This document shows positions 1 to 7,115 of a stretch of 7,115 nt of DNA, piece by piece. The first letter of the stretch is position 1. Each line of letters opens with the position of its first letter. The notes beneath the pieces are model-generated. The model searched no databases, had not been told where the DNA came from, and saw only the letters and a list, made by a program, of their open reading frames with translations. Origin of the DNA: Amoebidium appalachense (lineage: Eukaryota; Protista; Ichthyosporea); the NCBI GenBank assembly GCA_963693365.1, contig CAVNZM010000114.1, positions 1 to 7,115 on the forward strand, written 5' to 3'. Both the position numbers and the translations under genes were made by a program.

Positions 1-96
1 TCTAGTTATTTCACATAGCCCCTCGTCTCTCTTCTTCTATTCTAGGCATGTAGTCTAGGCATGTGTAGAATCTACATGTAGGGTAGGGTTGAGATT

Positions 97-185
97 TTTT
101 AGTAAGAGACAGAAGAATTGGTTAGAGAGGCAGAAGGATTCTTTAGTAAGAAACAGAAGAATCTGTTAGAAAAGAGAGGGAATGT
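97..185. repeat. Diverged tandem repeat, 2 x 44 bp (each made of two ~22-bp purine-rich subunits)
   Basis: agtaagagacagaagaattggttagagaggcagaaggat at 101 versus agtaagaaacagaagaatctgttagaaaagagagggaat at 145; offset 44. Confidence 0.75.
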
Positions 186-348
186 TTATGGTCGATGGGT
201 TTTGTCACGCTGGAGACGTAGTGATTGACGTAAAGAGTAGAATTATTAGATCGAGGGAAAATTTATGGATGAGAAGAGTTAACAAATGAGAAGGATTAAT
301 AGAGCGATGAGAATTGATGGCAGAATATAATTAATTTATCTAAGGATA

Positions 349-447
349 ATTAATGGAGGAGTAATTTATTGATGAAAAATGACGGGGGCACTAGTTGATT
401 GAAGAATGTTTAACGGAGAATTAATAAATCGATGAATTTTTTGACCG
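349..447. repeat. Degenerate ~30-bp minisatellite, about 3 units
   Basis: ttgatgaa 369, ttgaagaa 399, tcgatgaa 429 (period 30); taatgg 351, tgacgg 380, taacgg 411, tgaccg 442. Confidence 0.5.
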
Positions 448-1283
448 TTGAAGAGTTTTTACTATGAACTGTATGCATCAATTTAAAGGCTAGAGTGTAA
501 AGGCTCTTATAAACTTAATGCTTTGTGATTTAGGACACTACTTGCTTGCGTACAAGTACCAAATCCGGAAAGCCTTCTAAAGCTTTTGGTACCAAATTTT
601 AGTTAAAGGCTAAAAATATATAATTTAATTAATCATGTTTAGTACTAAGTTAAAAGATGATCAAAAATAAAGGGAATAGCGCTGATCTATATCAATATTG
701 CAAATATTCAATGAGCGACGACTTTTCAAATACCTCTAATACTATATAAAAGCAATGAGTAGATGGCAAGAGATTACTTTATTGTTTTGTAATTGGCATC
801 TGTATGATGACGTATGGAGGTTTTATTATGAGAATCAATTACCCGTGCAGATACGGTAATATTAGCTAAATAGACGAGAGTATAATGCTTGTTGGATGAA
901 AAAGTGTCCTATTTATAAAGTCTAAGTATGTAATGTGGAGTTAGTTTTCATCGAGGAGTCTGTCCCTATGAGTTCATATTAAAATTTCAGTCGAGTTACC
1001 GTTCTTTGAGTACTTAGTTGTTAAGACAAATAATCTTATGTTCTTGCCATAAAACTTAGTATAAGACAACAGTTATTTGTTATTTCCCATAGCAGAAAAT
1101 ATAAATAACAATAACTTTTCTAGTTCTATTATGTTTCACTTTTTAAAAATGACAAATAAAATAAGAGGAGATTTATAAACAAGCTTTCTTAAAATAAGTT
1201 GCTCTATGATAGAATAGTAGGTCTGAATTCTACTTAATCTGAATTATTAATATGCAAGACCACAGGTAATAGTAGAATCAAAA

Positions 1284-1505
1284 TGGCTCAATAGGTTGAG
1301 CACTCATTTGAGAACAAGAGATTATAGTTATAATATAGATTTTTGTGAAGTGATAGGGTCACTATTAAGTACGTAGTATTCTTCCAAAGTGCACATAATC
1401 TCTACTAAGCTAGTAGAATTCTTCCTAAGTGCGCAGGATCTTTCTTAGGTGCATAGAATTTCTCCTAAGCTAGTTGGGCCCTTCCTACGAAAATTCTATT
1501 CCTAG
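1284..1505 (+). mobile_element. tRNA-derived SINE-like repeat, copy 1 (B-box region missing, 3'-truncated)
   Basis: A-box/D-arm-like tggctcaataggttgagca 1284-1302; body acaagag...tatagatttttgt; 20-bp periodic units at 1381-1480; 1421-1499 aligns with the reverse complement of 6231-6308. Confidence 0.65.
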
Positions 1506-1512
1506 CAAGCAA

Positions 1513-1765
1513 GATATTTAACTCGATTGGTAGAGCATATAATCAATAGTTGTAATAATGATGATTCGTCTATCGGCGAGACAAGAGTATAGATTTTTGT
1601 TAATAAGGTATTTTCAAGTGTTAAAAATTTTTCTTAAATACATAGGATCTTTTCTAAGTGCGCAAGATTTTTTAAAAATACGCAGGATCTCTCTTAAACT
1701 AATTGTACTCTTCCCATAAAACCTAGTACTTACCAAGAAAGCTGGGTTCTCTACTTAGCTTAATT
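1513..1765 (+). mobile_element. tRNA-derived SINE-like repeat, copy 2
   Basis: A-box-like taactcgattggtagagca 1519-1537; degenerate B-box gattcgtct 1563-1571; aagagtatagatttttgt body; 20-bp units (ctaagtgcgcaagat, cgcaggatctctc) at 1615-1715; ends ttagcttaatt 1755-1765, the reverse complement of 6187-6197. Confidence 0.7.
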
Positions 1766-1814
1766 ATTTCAATTCTCCGAGTCTCTTCCCGATACCATTA
1801 TTTCTGTAATCTAA

Positions 1815-4800
1815 TTAAAAACTCTGTAAACTTACAATGTACTAATTTGTGATTTAAGCTAATTAAATATAACATCGTCGCTAATATAAACATTATGAAT
1901 ATCACCAAAGTTTAGAAGAGATTAGGATTTGAATTAGCCTGTCGTGATAACTTTGTATAAAATAACAAATCCTCGAATGTTAACCAGCACATATAAAATA
2001 ACATTAGTAAATGGAAAGTCTACATTAGGAATATCTAATTAAATTTTAACATCTTATTAACTTCATTAACACGTATCTTAACTCGTTGAATTAGCATCAA
2101 ATACGGGATCAAAATTTTTTCTTTATTACTACGCTACCAAAGATACATCAGGATTCATCGTATCAAATATAATTCCTTTCTACATAAGTTTAGAAAACGT
2201 GTTAACACCAATGTTCGCATAAACAATAGCAACAATAATGATGTTATTATTTAAGACAGAAGCCGCCCTGTTTTATATACGATTACCAAATATCTATCAA
2301 GATCCTCTACTATTATAACATAAATTTTTATTACCGCATTAAAATTACTAATTTTATCTCTATATCCCGTTCTTACCTGATCATTAATTATTCATAGTAC
2401 CATCAACATTCTATTACAAAAGTGTTATTTTATATCATTTATCGTGGTGGGAAATATGCTCATGCTAAATCCTTTATTCTATTCCAGGAAACCTCTCTTT
2501 TTTACTATGGAAAAGAAACTTCTAGTATAAGAAGACCCCTTGGCCAGATTATTGCTTTGCAACATTAAAGACTAATGAATAAATGATATTCCTATACTTA
2601 TATGTAAAGACACAGAAGAAATTAGTGTCAGGTAAAATATTAAACCAGCCAACACAATGTCTCTAGGTTTAAAAGTTCAAGTCCCTCAAAAATAACAGCA
2701 TCATATATTTAACAACTAAAATCTGAAATGCCACTTCGACACCAATAATGATTAGATTTCTTTCTATCACACAGGAAGATAATAGTTGACACAGTCCCAC
2801 TAGATAAAATAGTGTACCATAGCTCTAAAGGCTACCAATTCTATTCTTAATCAATATAGGATTAACATAACTCCAGGGTGAAAATTTTGCTTAGAAATAA
2901 TGAACGTAAACCCAAGTATTATTATCAACTTTCAGGACTTCTAGGTCATTAAATAAACACGATTCGCTAATCTAGCTTAATAGTAATATATTTATTTTGT
3001 AAATAGAAGACCGAGAGTGTAAGTTCATACTGCTAAAGACGCAGGAAAATTTTCAAACCTCCACCATATGCTATCCCCCCCAAGAAGGCACCTAATATGA
3101 ATCCGAATTTAACACACAGTAAACTCTATATAAGATCCTTTTTCAATTGATTAAGAAAAATATAATAATTATTTTATATTCATTCTTACTTTATCTGCAC
3201 ATATAACAATCATAAATCCAATAAAAAATTTTCCCTATATGCATAGCGCTGTCACTGCACCATTGTTAAATTTTGATTTAAAATTATTTTATGTGAAATC
3301 AATATCCATTACATTAACTACTCAAACATGTTCATATAACAAGCAATAAACTGAATTTGTAAATTATCAATAATAGTAATCTCATCATGCTTCCATTTAG
3401 TTGTAAACATCCCAATAAGCAATTTTTCTGGGCCCTTCCAAAGGATTTATTTGAATAACACTAACAGTCGATAACCTCTACAATTAACGTCTCATCTGCC
3501 TCAGTCTTCCCTGTTTGGTCTAAACCAGTTACCACTATCATTCAAACCCCCTGCTTTTACAATATTCACACTTACTCTCCATATTAGATTTACTTAATTT
3601 ATCTAGGCCTAATAGTTAAAAAGACTATCTATTATTTACATAGTTATTCTCACCTAACATAAAAATATTGATCTTTATTTTACAGGAAAACTTACAAATA
3701 ATAGTAATAAATCCGCTCGCGCAAAGCCATTCTTAGTAATATTATTATTTTAAAGCATATATATATCTTTATTTTTGCCAAATTTAGGTAATTACATTTC
3801 ATACATACATTAACACCTTAATATCTGTTTATTGATGTTATACTGAATCAAATTAATCTAGAATGCCAAAAGGCTCTCATTAAATACAATTTTCTCTCTT
3901 ATATTGGGAGCTGTTGTACTATGCTCAGTCTATTTGGGTGCCGAAGACTTAGGACTTTCAGTAAATACATATTACAGATTTCTCATATGATCTCGACGTA
4001 TAAAATTTTTAATCCACATAATTCTAAATAGCTAAACCAATTTAACCTAAAGAATAAACTTCTAACCCAGGTAAAGATAGATAATATTTTTATGTATTAA
4101 GAGAAACAACTATAATTTTAGCATATAATATTATTATTAGAAAGATTAATTTTTAATGAGAATAATAGGTACCCGCATATAGCGAAGTTTATAATGGAGT
4201 CTTATGTTAGTGGCACTTTGCCATTCTCTGCTATACTACTTTCTCAAGCAGTACATACCTTACCCCCCCCAAAGTTATGATATTATTTGTGCCAAGTTTA
4301 TGTGAAGACATTCTACCTATGCCTTGATGCATTAATGTCTATCCACGGTATCAGATTGCAAATGCTCAAAGAGAGGTGACTTTCAGAAATACTAAATACA
4401 ATCTACAATTGTTTCCTGAATACAGAACCATTAAGATTAGAATAGTAATAACCTAAATGTCATTACGATTTTCTTGTCATCCTAGCTCCTCCATCGAGTA
4501 CAGTTTCGCTTTTCTCTTAAGAACTGCTACACTCTATACAGTCTATATGAATGCAAACCCCCCCCCCTAAAACTTTAGATAAGTAAGTATTACAAATCTT
4601 TCTTGATCTAGACGTAATGTACTTTCAATGAATTAAATTTCAAATAGCTAAATCAATAAAATCTCAAAATGACCTTTTCAATTTTAATAAGGATAAAGAA
4701 TGCCGATAATATAATAGCTAAGGATAAAACTCCTTTAGCTACTAAGAGTATTTAAGTAAGTATACTTAAGAGAGAGTATAAAAAAATGACGTGTTGAAAT

Positions 4801-5531
4801 ATGGGAAGAACGATGAATATCTAATGAAGATACTCTAACGGAATAATTTACTAACTCCATTCTTAATCTGAAAGAAACTAGAATTATTGAAGCTCCTTGT
4901 GGAATGAGTCGACCTAAAGTAACGCTCAATCAAATTCCAAATGATAATGCTAAAGTCACACCACTGTAAAGATTAGCATTTTAAATATAATTAATCTGTC
5001 CCATTTAAACCCTACTATATATGAAATTAATAGAAAGATCACAGAAGAATAAAAATGAATTTCTTTTTTCCCCCCCCAAGGTTATCTATTCCTTAATACA
5101 TAACAGTCTCGTATAAGAATTTTACTAAAGATTATCTCCTAGTTGGTACGATGTACTTTTTCTATGCTTAATTTATATGCTATTAATATTAGGAATTCTA
5201 TTTTCATCGTAAATGTCCTAAAGAGGAAACAGAAACTCCACGTGTAATCTCTTAAGATCCTACAGGTGATCAAAATTTAAAGAATCTATTACATATATAA
5301 GATTCAGTTTTCTCCCATGTAAGATTGGATTTCCTGCTCATAGCCCTGCTCTTTGTGTAAAGAGCTATTAAATATATATTTAAGATACTCCCTCTTAGAA
5401 AGTTCTTAAATTTTTAGACTGTCTCAACATACAGCTAAATTTATGGTGGACTAATTGTGCTAGTTCAATTTACCACACCTTGTTCCACTAATGCCGATGA
5501 CACTAATATAAATAAAGGTGAAATAAAAAAA
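1815..5531 (+). mobile_element. Decayed LINE (fungal Tad1-like, RNase H-containing) ORF2 relic with A-rich 3' end
   Basis: Motif remnants in canonical order, read by hand: LKTL* 1815 (LKILQxN), PRMLT 1971, PDH 2376 (SDH), SWWEIC 2442 (PWW), PPKKAP ~3076-3093 (KAPGxDG), KS..ITL 3296 (KSYRPITL), QFFWALPK 3420-3443 (QFGALPKRS), LAQS/ILS 3716 (LPQGSxLS), YINT 3806 (YIDD), PKT* 3941 (KTE), RLIFNE 4143 (LDxxLxFxxH), TFRNT ~4379 (AFRT), QIFLD 4593 and ADNIIAK 4702 (RNase H), WEER* 4802, IIS*L 5131 (SQLRTG), LYAINIRNS 5173, KCPKEETETPR 5211; aataaa 5511 and A-rich tract to 5531. Span of ~3.5 kb fits a full ORF2. Boundaries approximate. Confidence 0.8.
3050..4440 (+). pseudogene. Reverse transcriptase domain and thumb region of the LINE, disabled by many stops and frameshifts
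   Basis: KKAP (3082), HSAVTAP (3242), QFFWALPK (3420), LAQS (3716), YINT for YIDD (3806), RLIFNE (4143), GTLPFSAILLSQAV (4212-4253). Confidence 0.75.
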
Positions 5532-5575
5532 TAGCAGTATTTAATATCTCAATTCAATATGAATCCTTGGGGGTA

Positions 5576-5806
5576 CTAGACGAGCTTGTCGTCATGTGAT
5601 GATAAGAGCATAAGACTTATCTCTTAGCGATAAGGCTCTTTAGAGACTCTTGTAATTACAAAATTAACAATTTACCCTGTATAAGTAGAAGAACTTGCGA
5701 GTTGCGAGTTCTAGACGAGCTTGTCGTCGTATGAGGATAAAAGCATAAGACTTATCTCTTAGCGAGAAAATTCAAGAGAGACTCTTGTAATCTGAAAATT
5801 AAAATT
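5576..5806 (+). repeat. Direct duplication of a ~96-bp hairpin-rich unit (5576-5672 and 5711-5806; offset 135)
   Basis: Identical blocks ctagacgagcttgtcgtc, agcataagacttatctcttagcga and agagactcttgtaat occur in both copies. Confidence 0.95.
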
Positions 5807-5941
5807 ATCTATAACAGTATACTTTAATAGATACATAACGGTATAAAGAAATAATAAAGAACGACGACAACCTTGTTAAACATTAGGATTTCCCTGCTCT
5901 AATAAATATCATTATGAATAAAGATTCTTATTAAGTCCATA

Positions 5942-6152
5942 AAATGGAGCACCGCAAAAGTTCTGTAGGCTTCCGTAGGTACCCAACTCCTGATAGGCTA
6001 AAACTCAGATTTTGATTAGCTAAAGATAGAAAAATGATAGTTCACCTTGCTCTGGATTGATTTTCATCTTATATTCCTGACATAAAATAGATATAAAATA
6101 GAGGAGGAGTTAGTACCTACGGAAATCGACAGAACTTTCGCGGTGCTCGAAC
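5942..6152. mobile_element. Putative MITE (~210 bp) bounded by ~40-48 bp terminal inverted repeats, TA-flanked
   Basis: tggagcaccgcaaaagttctgtaggcttccgtaggtacccaactcc (5945-5990) is the inverted counterpart of ggagttagtacctacggaaatcgacagaactttcgcggtgctcga (6106-6150). TA at 5940-5941 and 6153-6154. Both ends share the 'acagaac' variant absent from the other two copies. Confidence 0.55.
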
Positions 6153-6186
6153 TATCATCCTTGCAATTATTAGTTGCATGCTTATC

Positions 6187-6412
6187 AATTAAGCTAAATA
6201 CCTGAGAAATATAGAGTCATGAAGATGATAATAGGACTTTCGTAGGAAGAGTCCAACTAGCTTAGGAGAGATCCTGCGCACTTAAGAAAGAACCTACGCA
6301 CTTGGAAGGGACCTTATAACTAGACATAAGTCTATACTCTTACTTTCAACCGCCAAACAAACCTATAACCAAATAATTCGGAGTCAAGTGTTGTATCCAA
6401 TTGAACTATATC
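6187..6412 (-). mobile_element. tRNA-derived SINE-like repeat, copy 3 (inverted)
   Basis: Minus strand reads tagttcaattggatacaaca (A-box-like, 6408-6389), ggtttgttt (degenerate B box), aagagtatagacttatgt, then ccttccaagtgcgtaggttctttcttaagtgcgcaggatctctcctaagctagttggactcttcctacgaaagtcctat, matching 1421-1499 and 1615-1720. Confidence 0.7.
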
Positions 6413-6431
6413 AACGATAATAATAAAGAAT

Positions 6432-6477
6432 TTCGGTACCTACGAAAATCGACGGAACTTTCGCGGTGCTCCAACCT
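6432..6477 (+). repeat. 46-bp CpG-rich dispersed motif, copy C
   Basis: ttcggtacctacgaaaatcgacggaactttcgcggtgctccaacct; 45/46 identical to 6631-6676. Confidence 0.95.
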
Positions 6478-6630
6478 TCGAATGTTAGTATCAAAAAGTA
6501 ATGCCTTACCAGCTTGGATAATTTTTAATTATAAATACTCATTCAAGGAATTGAGCCTGGAACCTAAGAAAATTTAAATTTTGCGCTCGACCAATTGAGA
6601 TTTATGAATATAAATGTTGTAGAGGTAGGA

Positions 6631-6676
6631 TTCGGTACCTACGGAAATCGACGGAACTTTCGCGGTGCTCCAACCT
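6631..6676 (+). repeat. 46-bp CpG-rich dispersed motif, copy D
   Basis: ttcggtacctacggaaatcgacggaactttcgcggtgctccaacct; 38/40 to copy B (6113-6152) and 34/39 to inverted copy A (5945-5983). Confidence 0.95.
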
Positions 6677-6879
6677 ACAAGAAATTAGATCTTGAATCTA
6701 ATGGATTAACCGTAATCCGTCTCTACACAAAATAGTACTATATTTCCAACTATTAAATAATTTAATTCTACTCCTATATTTTAATAACATAATATTGGAT
6801 TCCTTGCTATTCAAGATAAAAATGTTTAATTAAAACTTAAGATTTTAAAAAGTCCTAATTCTTGAATTGTAAAATTCCA

Positions 6880-6933
6880 AAATTGACGATTTTTTGAAAT
6901 TTGACGATTTTCCGGAATTTGACCTTTTTACCA
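6880..6933. repeat. 18-bp tandem repeat x3
   Basis: aaattgacgattttttga / aatttgacgattttccgg / aatttgacctttttacca; ttgac at 6883, 6901 and 6919. Confidence 0.85.
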
Positions 6934-7044
6934 CTTTCTGGATTTAGGATTTTTATTTTCATCTTATATCGTGACACAAGCTTCAAGTAAGAGTAGAGAG
7001 GAGGGGGCGAGATGAAATAACTAGACTGGGCCCCTTTTGCTTTG

Positions 7045-7115
7045 ATGGCGGCACAATTCAAAATGATGCACACAACCTCCACCGCCGGCCTCATTGCTGC
7101 CTCCGCGTCCTCATG
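7045..7115 (+). CDS. Possible 5' start of a host gene running off the window (MAAQFK-MMHTTSTAGLIAASASS...)
   Basis: Abrupt GC rise after ~7000; in-frame ATGs at 7045 and 7063 (context ttcaaaATG); codons ending mostly in C; frame open to the window edge. Too short to identify. Confidence 0.3.
   Translation, partial: MAAQFKMMHTTSTAGLIAASASS

Noticed and set aside
79-90. Telomere-like tagggtagggtt
   Set aside because: Only two imperfect units; not an array.
600-1280. Possible further decayed coding or TE sequence (e.g. LINE ORF1)
   Set aside because: No motif could be recognised by eye; left unannotated.
1513-1585. Functional tRNA gene
   Set aside because: Only A-box/D-arm similarity; B box degenerate, no acceptor or anticodon stems, and it continues into a repeat body.
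3010-3190. Possible degraded CCHC knuckles of LINE ORF1
   Set aside because: Needs many assumed substitutions; the PPKKAP (KAPGxDG) reading fits directly and positionally.
3417-3440. Minus-strand WKGPEKLL resembling an LTR integrase GPY/F motif
   Set aside because: The same bases read QFFWALPK on the + strand, in correct order with the other LINE RT motifs; no other integrase motifs were found.
4735-4929. 64-aa minus-strand ORF from the track
   Set aside because: Antisense to the decayed LINE ORF2, no recognisable domain; consistent with a chance ORF.
5945-5960. TGG-starting primer binding site (the motif ends in CCA on the other strand)
   Set aside because: No adjacent LTR end (TG...CA), no tRNA 3' end I recognise, and conservation extends beyond CCA (ccaacct).
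5945-6676. CRISPR array
   Set aside because: Spacers are ~130-280 bp and irregular, one copy is inverted, there are no cas genes, and the context is eukaryotic TE DNA.
6855-7094. 79-aa minus-strand ORF from the track
   Set aside because: Its KVKF/RKIVKF/QKIVNF repeats simply translate the 18-bp tandem repeat, and it crosses a repeat-derived segment; no recognisable domain.

Overview
AT-rich (roughly 30% GC by eye), gene-free, repeat-dense DNA that looks eukaryotic, most likely fungal intergenic (inference from the element families). No intact CDS. About half the window (~1815-5531, + strand) is a heavily decayed non-LTR retrotransposon (LINE) ORF2; endonuclease, reverse transcriptase, RNase H and C-terminal Cys-knuckle motif remnants occur in canonical order across stops and frameshifts. 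Three diverged copies of a ~230-250 bp tRNA-headed SINE-like repeat with an internal 20-bp periodicity are present (1284-1505 +, 1513-1765 +, 6187-6412 -). The most unusual part is 5940-6677: four copies of a CpG-rich ~40-46 bp motif (one inverted, three direct; two are 45/46 identical) separated by unrelated spacers, far better conserved than anything around them. A hairpin-rich ~96-bp direct duplication (5576/5711), several minisatellites and a possible host gene start at the GC-rich right edge complete the window. Both supplied ORFs look spurious. All motif readings were done by hand and need confirmation by search.
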